Assembly: GCA_002633005.1 (NCBI GenBank)
Contig: NMRA01000021.1
Location: 753,685 to 817,684, forward strand
Origin: Phoronis australis
Taxonomy: Eukaryota; Animalia; Phoronida
Direction of reading: 5' to 3'
Length of the DNA stretch: 64,000 nt
Translations under genes and position numbers: made by a program
Part shown: piece by piece, positions 27,040 to 38,889 of the stretch
How the letters are laid out: every line of letters starts with the position of its first letter
How positions within the stretch are numbered: position 1 is the stretch's first letter
Notes under the pieces: model-generated
What the model was told of the DNA's origin: nothing
The model's input: the letters and a program-made list of their open reading frames with translations, nothing else
Databases searched by the model: none

Positions 27040-27627
27040 AAAACTCCTAAAAATTTCAGAGGAATTCCCCTTATGCAAGTCACTGCCAAAATATTCGAAA
27101 AAATATTATGCCAGCCACTTCAAAAATGGCTGGAAAGAGAAAGCGCAATTAGTGTGTCTCAAGCTCAGTTTAGGAAAGGGCACAGTACGGTGGATCACAT
27201 GTTTGCTTTATGTACGTTGATAATTAAATACTTGCCACGAGAGAAAAGTGAATTCTATTGTGCCTTCGCGGATTTTAAAGCCACTTTCGACAGTATCTAT
27301 AGAAGTACATTATATTTTAAATTAAAGAACAATCGCATAGAAAGTAAGATGTGTAGGTTAATCAAAGCAATGTACGCTGAAGTAAAAGCGTGCGTGAGAT
27401 TGAATAATGGGAGCTATGCGGAGTTTTTTAATTGTCAGAATGGTCTGAAACAAGGGTCTAGAGCAAGAATTACAATATGATGGCGGTGAATAAATTTCCA
27501 TGAGATCAGCTGAATTACTGCATCTGCTGTTTGCTGATGATTTGGCTTTATTTTCCTATAGGGTTAAAGGACTGCAGAAAAAAATTAATAGTATATATAT
27601 ACATACATTCATACATACATACATACT

Positions 27628-27695
<68 letters not shown>

Positions 27696-28850
27696 TATAT
27701 ATGAACATTGCCAGAAATGGAAATTGATTGTTAACATGTCAAAGACTAAAATAATTGTTTTAAATGGACTTATGGTAAGAATACTCTTAATATTGTAAAC
27801 GCATATAAATATTTAGGATTAATGTTTACTACGAAAAATTTGTGGTCTTGCGCACAGAAAACTAAGGCAGTGAATTTAACGAGGAAAAGTATCAATGGTT
27901 TTAATGCACCCCCATGAAAGTTAGTTTGAAATTATTTGATTGTCAGATACTGCGGAAACTTCATTATGGCTGTGAGATCTCTGGGTTTTAGTGTGGGCGA
28001 AGGTATTGAAATAGTACACCAAAAATTTTGTAAATAAATTTTGAATTTGCCCAGCACAGCAATTTCATTGGCTGCTAGAGGTGAGATAGGTCATTACTTC
28101 TTGATTGTATACCGACTTCCTAGAGTTGTGAAATATTGGTTAAAACTATTAAAAACCGATGCGTCAAAAATTACATATCATTGCCATGAATGGCAGTACA
28201 ATATGAAGGAAAATATTGATAAACCTTGCTGGGTTAATGATGTTAATAAATTGCTAATTCAGATTTGGTTTTGGAGAAGCATGGTACAATCAGGGGTGTA
28301 GGTTTTGAGACAAGCTTCATATCATTTTCTGTAAAAAAAAATGCAAAGATCAGCAAAATGGCAAGAAATTTTGAACAATTCGAATAAGCTGGAAACTAAC
28401 AGAACGTTTTAGTTAAACATATGTTTTGAAAATTATTAAGATGTAATTGACGATGGAAATGTAAGATCTGATATGGTAAGATTAAGATGTTCAGCTCATG
28501 CACTAATGATTGAAAAGTGTGGACACTTGAAACTTAGCAGACCAGAAAGATTGTGCCCTCTCTGTTAGGCCATGTGTCGAGTCAGAATACCATTTTGTTA
28601 TGGAATGTCCATTCGACGATAACCTTTGGAAAAAGGTATTTGCCTGAATGGATCTTAAACAGCCCCAGTTTTTCAAAAATGCAACAGACTCGTGACTAAG
28701 GAGGAAAAAGATAATGGCCATCATGTAAATATGTTCATTTCGCATTCAAGCGAAGAAGAGCTCGTGTTACTTTTAATGTTCGACACTTATTTGTATTGTA
28801 TTTGATGATTTGATTGTAACAAGGGCTGGAGGCCTAGTTAGTTATTGAAT

Positions 28851-28927
<77 letters not shown>
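27040..28927 (+). mobile_element. 5'-truncated degenerate LINE (L2/Crack/Daphne-like ORF2 RT plus 3' end with AATAAA-(CA)n tail)
   Basis: QAQFRKGHSTVDHMF, CAFADFKATFDSI, GLKQG, LLFADDLALF, YKYLGLMF, C-terminal CPLC..ESEYHFVMECP; AATAAA then (CA)n to 28927; internal (TACA)/(CA)/(TA) microsatellite at ~27590-27700. Confidence 0.9.
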
Positions 28928-28929
<2 letters not shown>

Positions 28930-29479
28930 ACTAGTGGTAAATAGACATTTTGTTCCTTATTCAGATTTAGAATGGTTTCCATTCCTGGCAAGAACTATTC
29001 CTGGCAAGAACTACCATGTCGTTTATTGTTTCTGACCACCCTTGTCCCAGAGGCCTTGTTTCATTCGCCAAGGGGAATTACAAGAGATTTATGCAATCAA
29101 TTTCAATTCATTACAAACAAATGTTCAGCGATGACATTGCTGACAGTTGTGAAGGAATATGCCTGCAAAAGAAAGACTCGGACATGGTTGATAGCGTCTT
29201 TAATTATTAATTAAATTAAGTGATTTGTTAATTACTTTTATAAAAAAAACAGTGCACGTGGCCTGAGGTCATTTGCGGTGCATCACACGTGCGCAGACCT
29301 CATGGTTGGACCCATTGCACAAAACACTTGAGCTAAAAGCACGAGAGCCCCGTTATGGTTCCTCGTGAAGGAAGTTTTCAAGTCTGCCTGTCTCCTTTGA
29401 GAAAGCGGACAGACATTTCCATTTCTTGCCATACGCTATATGTTGTAAGCATGTAACAGTGCCATCCAGTAGGTTGCTC

Positions 29480-29880
29480 CTTAGCCTGTAAAAAGCTGGG
29501 CAAGACCGTCTACCTGGTGTGAAGGGGTTTCAACGTCAGTACCACACTCGGAACACACTGGGCTCCCCATATGCCCAATAATGTGTCTGTGTCGAGCTAG
29601 GTTACAGTGACCCGTCAAAATTGGAATGACGTGTCTTATACCCAGTCTATCTAGACTCAGATTTTTTTTAACCTTATATGCATCATTGTGACTTTCAACA
29701 CTGCTGGGATGTTTCATGACTGTTTCCTACCACTAAATTCTTGACAGTAAAACAATTACCATTTCTTAGCTATCTATTCCTCTGAAATCACACACTCTGA
29801 CTGTCCACGTCGTTAGAGCCATCGAATTAGGTTGGGTCGATCAAAAATTGTAATGTAGCTTTTTGGCCAAAATAGTAGCA
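29480..29880 (-). mobile_element. 3' fragment of an I/Loa/R1-group non-LTR retrotransposon ORF2
   Basis: ILTGHCNLARHRHIIGHMGSPVCSECGTDVETPSH matches the TGH...CxxC..ETxxH zinc-knuckle tail typical of these clades. Confidence 0.7.
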
Positions 29881-29924
29881 GGAGTCTATTAATAAGCGCA
29901 CTGGTGAAAGGGATTGACATGTCT

Positions 29925-29972
29925 ATATCCAACGTTTCGATTTGTTACAAATAAACCATCTTCAGGAAGAAG
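29925..29972 (-). ncRNA. Penelope-type minimal hammerhead ribozyme-like motif
   Basis: Minus strand: c-CTGAAGA-t-GGTTT-atttgtaac-AAATC-GAAAC-GTT. Canonical core, but a suboptimal GUU triplet and short helix I. Confidence 0.5.
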
Positions 29973-31276
29973 TAGTGCAACAGCTCTCGAAAACTGTAGC
30001 GACCTCGGACACACTCTTAACCGACAGCTTATTTATTGGAGGCAAGCTTGCTCGTTCCAAATTGCATGTATAATTTATTAACGAAATATTGATTGTTTTA
30101 CATAACTGTTCGTTTTTGTTGGCTGCTTGCGAATGCAGCAAATTGTGTTTTAATGAATTGAGCACAATTCGGTAATTGTTGAATTATAGTTAATACCCGT
30201 ACCCGGTTCACTGTTAATAGTACGTTTATTGTCATTAAAATTGTTCTGAGCTAATTCTCTGTTTGACTTTCTCCCGCTAAACGTTACACGAAACGACTTG
30301 TCTCCTGTCAACTAGACTGTAAAAATGAGCTGTGTCGTGATATAACGCGATAGTTTTTGAGTCGTAGTGGACGATCGCCAACTGGTTTTTAACAAATTAT
30401 GGTGCCAAACCTCGGTATCCCGAATCGTGACGAAGTTTGACTACTATCATGCTACTCAAGCCAACTGTACGTCTAACATAGTAATTTCCGAGTTCCAGAT
30501 TCCATTTCTTGACCCGAGAGTGACACAAAAGAGCTATTTATCAGCGAAGGCGCATGCGTCAAATGGCCAGCAAGTAGAGCCTTTTGCCATCGAAGGAATG
30601 CATCTTACAGTACGAATTTCACGAATTTCTGAAAGACGCCGAAGTTTCATGGTCCGTGTGTTGTCGTCCAGTGTTAGGTTCCTACAACTTCGTGCACAGA
30701 AATCTTCTAGACGACATAGTTTTGTGATTTTAGAGTGTAAAGTAGTGACAATTATAACTGGACGACCGAGCCCTAAAATGTGCGACCAACACAGTTTAGA
30801 CACTTCTACCATAGTTGTTGTTGCAAAGTCCTACAAGCACAAAGCAATTATGAAGGGTGTTGTGTAGATACGTGCCCTATGATCTTGAGTGAGTTTGTTG
30901 TCAAAGGACTGATTCATGCGTCGAGGTGACACTTGCTGAGGTTGTAAACTGTTGTGCAGATTTTTTGGTCAAGGGTTAATTATAATTTCAAAGGCAAATA
31001 TAAGTGTTCAACAATTAACGTTAGTAGTACACCAAACGTTAAAAACAGTATTATTCGTTAATTTGTGTATCTGAAACTACAACACGTTGGGTTTCATTGA
31101 ACCACACCTAACAGGCAAAATGTGTCTGTTTTGTACTCAAATGACCTTTACATATTTCAAATTACGACGCGAGGGGTGCATTTCGGAAGTAAACACAAGG
31201 AATTTAGTTTTGAGGTACGGTGAACGTTTTGTTACCCACTGCTACCCAATCTGAATATATTCCGCAAAAATAGAAA

Positions 31277-31845
31277 TTAAATGCAAACCAACGGGGTCAG
31301 CTTGTGGTGTCCAGATTCTACTTCACTTAAGTCACCAAATGTCAACTTCGTTGCAGGAAGTAATTCTTTTCGCATAATGATCATCTTATCGTATCTCCAA
31401 ACACTGTCGTTTGCATCACATGAACATTTTAAGCGAGGATTATCGCAATAAGAAAAGCGACCACAATCACACACGCATGAGTACCCTTTGCCTCGACCGA
31501 ACCACCGTGCTAAATGCTTGCGTTTGGTGTGCAAAACGGAATTGTAGCACGTGTAGAAAATCTCTTGATAGCACGAAGTTGCAGAACGTATCAATGACAA
31601 AACTTGAGGAAGAGAAACCGTGTATGTAACATTTCGTGAATAGCATTCGGAATGCTAGCAGTTGATCGGAATGGTTATGTTCTTTTCGGTATCATGTCGG
31701 ACAATGGTGACGCAACTTCCTGTGGCAACATCAAACTGACAATCCACTACGAAAGGGTATTCTCCTGCGGCGCCATTAGGATCGATTATGTATTTACCGC
31801 TGTCGTAACAACCAAGATCCGCCCAACCTTTGCAAGAGGCAGGCA
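31277..31845 (-). pseudogene. CASPR/neurexin-IV-type fibrinogen-like domain exon with an in-frame stop and a mutated acceptor
   Basis: One frame: PASCKGWADLGCYDSGKYIIDPNGAAGEYPFVVDC...TIVRHDTE...INC*HSECYSRNVTY...SATSCYQEIFYTC...CDCG...CSCDANDSVWRYD...LLPATKLTFGD...KLTPLVCI*. TAG at 31657-31655; acceptor reads ttttgttttcAA instead of AG; the usual YWGG segment is missing. Confidence 0.8.
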
Positions 31846-32979
31846 TTGAAAACAAAATCAGAATTTCATCGTTTTATGGCATGTATTGTCGCACTCGACC
31901 CCCCGTGCACGTGCAATTTTTCAGGGTACTGTTACGTTCTGTTGCTGCTTTCCAATTCCGGCGGCAACACTGGGAAAACACGAACCAATGAACGAACTTG
32001 CTGCTCAGTGTTCTTATTTGTATATTACAAAAGTTGGCAACAAGGTGGTAGCCTAACATCCACAGATCTTTCTCCGTCCGGGAGCTGAAACGAAAGTTCT
32101 TGGAGGGTAACCGTGAGGCTTCGCAACGAGAGCTTGCGTGATTGCGACACATACATACACATGAACATTCCTCAACCTGGGATGCAATGCAAGAATCACA
32201 CAGTCTTCACAAGTTTTCGTAATACTTTACGAGCACACGATCGCACTTAGCTTTTCTCTGAAGTACTGTCTTGTGTAATAAAAATCTTTTTGACTGCGAT
32301 TGAGAAGGCATAAATAAACGCTTTACTCATATGCACATGGATGACGCACAATTGTCGAGTGTCGAGAAGTCATACGGTTGTTACTATATGTACTTGATGT
32401 GTGAGCAGTTCAGGTATATTTGTAAGGCGTGAGTAGAACTTGGAACCAGCGCCGCCTGTGTTATCCGATTGACATCGGGAGAAGTATGTGCATTGGGGAG
32501 GGCGCCTCTGCGCGTTGACGAAAGTACGCTGAGGTTATGTGTATAAAAAGGTCAGTGATGGCGAGGTGAACTTATTGCTCGAAAGGTGTGTTTCTTTCCT
32601 TAGAGATGGTGTTCCTAGACTCTTCCGTATCCCAAACTTTACTCGAGACTCTGCTAAAAAATTGGTAAATTTAGTGCCATGCTTCTGGTAATCTTTCAAT
32701 TCCATGCTATGTGCCTTTGGTCAGTTTGCATGTCTGGAGTCTTAAGAAAAGTTTAGTAGTCGTGGAGGACCCCTGTGCCCGGTTGCTTAAATTCTTCGCG
32801 TTTTTGTGTCGTTTTTTACTCGTAGATCTTTTATTTTTCTGCCAATTTATTTTTATTATGAGCTCCCTTTCTAATAAAACTAAAAACCGAGACCTCAATT
32901 TCAACGAAAATAAATAGGTACTTAGTCCTTACGTTGGGTGTGTTGCGTGAAAAGATCCCAACCTATTTTCAATGTAGAT

Positions 32980-33368
32980 TTCAGTCTCGATTTGTATCAA
33001 AGCAAAAAATTGATTTAGTAATAAAAATAAAACGACTTAAGAAAGGACAACCAGTTTTTCCAAATATCTACTTGTGCGTAGTAGATTTAGCGAACTTAGT
33101 TGACTTTTTGGGAATATCGTTTGACGACTAAATATCTTGGGCCGAACATAATAATTTGGTGGGAGCAAAAATTGCATAAGCCAGTGGTGCACTCAGCAAA
33201 AGAAATACCTGCTTCTATTTGCACCGAGAAAGATTTACTTCTCCTTGGTCCACACTCACTTAACGCTTGGCTTCTCCTGCAACTATGTCCACCGTGAATA
33301 ACCATTTACAAATTACACCATTGCATAGAAACATTACTGTTTTCACACACAGACGCACACGCGCACGC

Positions 33369-33430
<62 letters not shown>

Positions 33431-33810
33431 ACACACACACGAATGTAGTTACTACTTAAACACAATTAGTCTGTTTATCCCGTTATAATACGTGCATATG
33501 TGCAGCACTCATTCATTTATATTTAGTAAGATGTCAGATTTATTCATATAATTGTTTATTTATTGAAGTACTTACAACTTTCATTTCTTATGTAAGTCTT
33601 CTAATCGAATGTTAGTGTATGAATAGTAAATAATTACTGTCTCGGTTCTTACCATTTCTTACCTGTTTCATGTTGTATTGTATTGTGCTGTACGGTGATC
33701 CTCTTTGAAGAGGACTTTGCCTTCAAGGCTCTCCTGCTTACATTCATATACATCCAATGTATTTCACTAATTTGCTGTAAAACTTAATAAACGCATTATT
33801 TATCTATCTC
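32980..33810 (+). mobile_element. Degenerate CR1/Crack-type LINE 3' remnant with internal (CA)n microsatellite (33345-33440)
   Basis: FLGISFDD*ISWAEHNNLVGAKIA*ASGALSK resembles the post-RT region; the 3'UTR-like part ends AATAAAcgcattatttatctatct. Confidence 0.55.
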
Positions 33811-34044
33811 CATTTTGGAACTCTTTCAGGCACTGGCTGCCGAACTTAATTTCGCAGGGCATCAACTCAAAAATTGACCAATCACATGGTGGGGAGTTTA
33901 CATGAAGAGTGGACCGTAAGCTATTGAAAATTTTCGAGAGTCTCAAGAAAACATTGTAAACCTGCACGATGGGAATTTAGCGCCAACAATTCTTGGTAAA
34001 ACAAAGTCAAGTATTTGATAAAAATGAGGTTCAAAAAGTATTAC

Positions 34045-34135
34045 CAGCGGGAAGCCACTTGTTGCTGGAATTACTACGCGCTGTTACTGTACCAGTGAGT
34101 ACAGCAATGGTGAGCAAAACTGTGCCACTTTCCAT
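34045..34135 (-). pseudogene. Signal-peptide exon, probably exon 1 of the CASPR-like domain (pseudo)gene
   Basis: MESGTVLLTIAVLTGTVTA-RSNSSNKWLPA then G|gtaata (phase 1), joining in frame to TG CCT GCC TCT TGC at 31845; upstream acceptor ctttcag|G at 34210/34209. Confidence 0.6.
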
Positions 34136-36211
34136 TAGCCTTATGCACACGAGCCTGTCCAACTCCAACGTCAGTATCAAATGTTAAGCAACATATACTA
34201 CAGTGTCTCCTGAAAGACCTGGCTTTTTCTGCTGTGATTTCCCACGTTCTATTTGTCTTACAAGCAGGCTATCAAAGTGATTTTTTCACCTGAGGAGTCC
34301 TCATGGACTTTTATAGATAACAGCGACTTGTAGTCTTACGCTAGCCAGTACTTTCGGTAGTCGGTTATTTAGTACTGAAGGTTGCAATGACTCGTGACGT
34401 CACATAGCGAATTTGAAATCAAAGCTGATAGTCCACTAACAAAGTTTTAAGGCATAGCACAAATGAACGCGCTGCTGGCGAGGTATTGCTCGTTGGTCCG
34501 AAGAGGTTTCTCTTATCATGTGTGTTAGTGCTTCCCAAGGATGTTTAATGTTGGCGATACTCGCTTAAGTGCTTCCACAACGACAATGGTGACCTTGTCT
34601 CTGGCTTCACACATCCTGAGTGCAAGACAGGAGATACTCAACAGCTGGTTCTCCAATCTACTCACACTCACTTTTGTCCCAGCCGCCTTCCCGACAGCCT
34701 TAACCTCATCATGTGCACATCGGGTGTTGAATACCGAACAAACTACTCTGAACCAGGTGGACAACTGGATCTAACGAGGTCATCATCAAAATTACAAGAA
34801 AAAACAACCGTCCCAGTTCTGAGCCTATCCATTCGTTCTACCATCGAGACCAGAATGAACCATTGGTTACACCGAAGTTGCTTTCGTAAATAAAAGTCAC
34901 TAGCAAGAAAACCTGGTGTAATCACGTCCCCCGCTTGTTATGTATTTTGTGAATCGACTTGAATGATCTTGAGATTTCTCAAGAAACACTATAAGAGCAG
35001 CCTAATCAACTAAGCCCCACCTCAGTCACTTTCATTGCATCTAAATTAATGTATCATACAGCCAGTTATTAAGTTTCTGGAAGACCACGACTTGAGGAAG
35101 ACAAGATCAGACGAAACCCAGGTGATTCTAACCCTCGCTGGTTCCCTGTGTGCCGCTAGGTGGTCTTTAGCCAGCACGCAGGTATCACTTAATTTTCCTC
35201 GGGGATTTTTTTACACATGCGTTTCTGATTGGCTTGTCAAATTCTCAACAGGTAGTGCTTTACGCAAACAATCTGGCATGACTGATGGATTGAAGTGTAA
35301 ATGTGGTCTGTTGTACATAATAATCGGTGCTTAAAATTTATGTTCAGGATATGTGAATCCTAGAGATTGTGGTTGCGTCTTTTCGGAGTGCATCTTTCTA
35401 CTGTCAATGACTTTTGTTTACGATAGTGTCCTGTATTCATACAGTATGAATAACACACCCGTTAAATCGGTGAAATATGGGTTTATTGTACAGGTATGTG
35501 CTCCAAGCACGCGGTTATTAAACAACACTGCAGAAACGAAATAGTTGCTGCGACGCCACCTGCATGACAAGGATTAAAATCGTCCGTCATTTGTTCACGG
35601 TGTTGTAAAGCTAACCAATGACTGCTGAGGTTACATCAATCAATGCTAAACGGGTTGCCAATGCGTGATACCTACGTGATGGATATGCACATAGGAACCA
35701 GCGAGATTCTAACCATGACATCGTCCAAGCATTTAAAGACCTTATCAACGCCATATTCCTCAATTTCCACAACGTTTCTGCAAATAACTACCCCACAAAT
35801 TCCATCGCCACAGTATCCGGAACAGTACCGTGGTTTAGCTAGTCTCCTTCAAGTCATTTGCAAAAGAACGTCGTCAACGGCGCGGCATCTTATAAGTAAA
35901 AATGTGTAAACATTGCTTTTAACTTGCACATGAAGCACACTTCTTACTACTTTTAAATATTCAACCTTCTCACACACTTATAATATCCTATTTTTCAAAT
36001 CTCTGACACTATAATGACGTAATATAGGCATAAGAAAACATGGCTTGTTACGTTTAATCCTCTCACTATCGTTGATTTTAATAAATTCCTGATTTTTGCT
36101 ACTAAGGTTTACATCAAGAAAACAATTTAACACGCAAAAACTACCACGGAAAAAAAGAACCAAAATTACGGCAAAAGAATTACAGACCTAGTTATTGAAA
36201 ACAATCATTAA

Positions 36212-36600
36212 AGGAGAAAGCCACTCAGACTAAATAGCCTATTTTACTGTCTTAATCGGCCTATATCCACATCATCTCCTTTACGGTCGATCTTACCTCG
36301 CCGAGGGGAGTCACGTTAACATGTGAGGAAAGTCAGAAACGTCGCAGCGACGCCAGTGATTCTTCGGCAGAGTGAGTGCCGCAATGCTGTGGTGAGTATC
36401 GCTCCCGCTTGTGCGAACTATGAAGCTGCGAGGAAAGCGGGTATATCGTTTTCTCGGTTTCCTCGAGAGCCTATAATGCTTCAGAAGTGGCTCGCAGAAG
36501 TGAAGAATGCAGTTAATACCAAGTATGAGTCCGTGAAACTTCTCCGCGTCTGTCAGTGGCCTGCATTTCGTCGGATCGGTTGTTGACCAGTTTTGATTAT
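36212..36600 (+). mobile_element. Kolobok-like element left end with decayed THAP domain (right end not identified)
   Basis: TTAA|AGGAGAAAGCCAC terminus; IAPACANYEAARKAGISFSRFPREPIMLQKWLAEVK...LRVC fits the THAP pattern; homologous to 1-218. Confidence 0.65.
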
Positions 36601-38482
36601 GAAGAATTATAGTTGGCCATGAAAACATAAACATTTACAATTAATTCAAGGCGTGAGAACATAACGTTTTATATTATTTGATTACTGACTCGCTCGTGAG
36701 GCTTCTGTTTGGTCTTCTGGGTGTAGGATGTTTTCGCCAGTGTTTCTCAGCCCTAAAAAAGTCGTAAGCACACGTTTTTAGATGCGGTGCAAAATCAGGA
36801 TGGTACGTGAGCTACATCTGCGCTTCTCCAAAAATTTGTTTCACTTGCGGAATTTCGTGGCAGAAAACAAAAGCGTCAATCGTTTCCATTATCGTGCAGC
36901 TACATGTAGCTGACACCATTACAAGTCATTCCAACGGTTTTCGGAACTAACCACGTGTTCCATTCTTTGTGCACGTTCACGGAGTATCTCTATTATTTCT
37001 TGATCGGTGTATATCTGAGAAACCTAACGATCGACCTGTGAAGTCTTCGGCGGATGAGCACTTGTTTAAGTCGGGATTGCGAGTTGCCCAGACCTTGACG
37101 TTTATGTTGTGCGTTCTGCCGGTTTCAAAATGAATTATTCTCATCCTAACCAATGCTTCTGTAAAAGTGAAACAAAGTCTTTCTCATTAGATACAATTTG
37201 TAATGTTTTTGAGTGTTCGTAAGTGCAAATGTTTTGAGAAGCCAGCAATGAATAAATCACTGTGTTACCGGCTTTAGATGCAATAAACTAACTGACCTGG
37301 CACCGAGGCCGTGTGAGCGCATGCTAATTCAGTGTTTGCTGACAGAAAACTGTTGTGAAACAATGATAACTCGACTTTATATCCTATGGTCAGATGTTAG
37401 GGGAGTATTTATTTAGATATTCAAATACATTATTTGAATCATTGTTACTGTAAAACTTTTGCCCTGGCGGTTCTGTGGAAGGGTAGCCTGACTTCGCGGC
37501 TCCCACGAGCTAGCGAGTAGATTTGTAGTTTCGCAGCTAATTCACCAAAATAATCATGTACACGCTTTTTCTTTGGCTCACTAGCATAGTCTTTTCGTGA
37601 CTGGATGTTTAGTTTCCAACTTTGGCCGGTTTATGTACGTGATGTCTTCAGTCTGGCCGCGGTGGGCCTGGTCGGGTTCCGAGCCACTGGGCGGGATAGC
37701 AAGTGTTTTGTGTATTTAGAACTGAAAAAATCGCAAGTCAAAAAGTAAACACGCAGCTATGCTCTCCTGTCTGTATTTCACGAACGCATAATTTGGTTTT
37801 ATCACCGACAGACCCCAATTTCCCGCGACCGGCATTGGTAAATTGGCCTACCGAATTTTGTAGGCTACGGTAAGTTCAAATACCTAAAAATCGGTAACAG
37901 TGGAATAAAATAACATGTTTGTTCAATGACTCGATTTGTTTTTAAGGTTTTACATCGAAATTTGATGATTTATTGCTGTAAAACGAAGAATTCAAGCGAT
38001 AAGCTGACACCAGTAAGCGTGTTGTCAACTGCTGAACAGACTGCATTCGCACCTCTGACGTCACTGTTTTTTCGGTGGCATCATAGATTATAGACAACAG
38101 ATTCGCAACTCCGGCATTTTCTTACGAGCTGAGTTGAACTCTCCTGACCTATCTGCTGCAGTTTCCGGTCAGTTTTAATTTGACGAGAAATACCTGCATC
38201 TACTTTACTGTCCAAAACAGCGAAAAAAACATTAATTTATATTAATTTCGGTATTGAAACGCTTTTCAAAGTCTTTCAATAGTAGAAGTGTTGGTATTGT
38301 GAGTACTTTTGGCAATGCTACTGGTAATTAATTTCAAAATTCAAACTTCGGTTCCGACCCTTTATGTCGTCTGCTTGCCCAATAGCAGCATAGTTATCGG
38401 ACAGTTTTTGATTTACGGTTCACATAGGCCTACTGAGAAAACTACGAAAGCGTGTTTATAAATCAACATTCTCAAGTGAGCA

Positions 38483-38520
38483 GTTCTTCTGGGCAGTGTT
38501 GAGTGGCCCTTAAAAGGGCC
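38483..38520 (-). terminator. Histone 3'-end stem-loop 2 (38505-38520) plus HDE-like purine tract (38483-38490)
   Basis: Minus strand: ccaac-GGCCCT-TTTA-AGGGCC-actca-acactgccc-AGAAGAAC. Matches the 16-nt SLBP-binding consensus GGYYYU-UYUN-ARRRCC with typical A/C-rich flanks. Confidence 0.8.
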
Positions 38521-38545
38521 GTTGGTTGTAGGTATAGCGTGAAAT

Positions 38546-38561
38546 GGTTCTTAAAAGAACC
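38546..38561 (-). terminator. Histone 3'-end stem-loop 1
   Basis: Minus strand: tcaac-GGTTCT-TTTA-AGAACC-attt, 10 nt after the PHD ORF stop codon; compensatory changes relative to stem-loop 2. Confidence 0.75.
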
Positions 38562-38571
38562 GTTGAATAAT

Positions 38572-38889
38572 TCAACATAAATCACACAGTATGCCATGCT
38601 CACTCAAGTACTGAAGGTCCTCTTCATTAAAGTTTTCATCTGGAAAGGTTGGATGAAAACAGAGGAGATGACAATATCGATGACAGTTGTAACACCTTAG
38701 ATAGATATCACCGTTCACCAACGTTGTCACGAACCCTGCATCGTTCAGTTCTTGTTCCTGTATCCACAAATAATCCTGAACTGTAGGAAAAAAATGACAA
38801 ACAACACAACGAATCAAATTTCGAAAATCATCGCCTTCGTACGATTCCGTGTTGCTGTCACCAGACTGATGTTCTTCTCCAACGTCCAT
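38572..38889 (-). CDS. Intronless stand-alone PHD-type (C4HC3) zinc-finger protein, 105 aa, acidic N-terminus
   Basis: MDVGEEHQSGDSNTESYEGDDFRNLIR-CVVC-(34 aa)-CYNCHRYCHLLC-(24 aa)-CDLC*: CxxC...CxxCxxxxHxxC...CxxC ligand spacing. The ORF is intact and ends at the last Cys. Confidence 0.75.
   Translation of the reverse strand: MDVGEEHQSGDSNTESYEGDDFRNLIRCVVCHFFPTVQDYLWIQEQELNDAGFVTTLVNGDIYLRCYNCHRYCHLLCFHPTFPDENFNEEDLQYLSEHGILCDLC

Noticed and set aside
32422-32620. TGTAAGG...TATAAAA segment resembling a solo LTR start (similar hints at 42.3-42.9 kb and 18.5-19.7 kb)
   Set aside because: No paired LTR, CA end with TSD, PBS or PPT could be established by eye.
35085-35125. TTGAGGA...CGAAAC possible hammerhead after a weakly GIY-YIG-like segment (34540-34900)
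   Set aside because: No helix II and no NUH triplet; the protein similarity is too weak to call.
38501-38513. GAGTGGCCCTTAA resembles the right terminus expected for the Kolobok element starting at 36212
   Set aside because: The match requires a deletion and does not explain the second, covarying hairpin or the histone-type flanks; kept only as a caveat.
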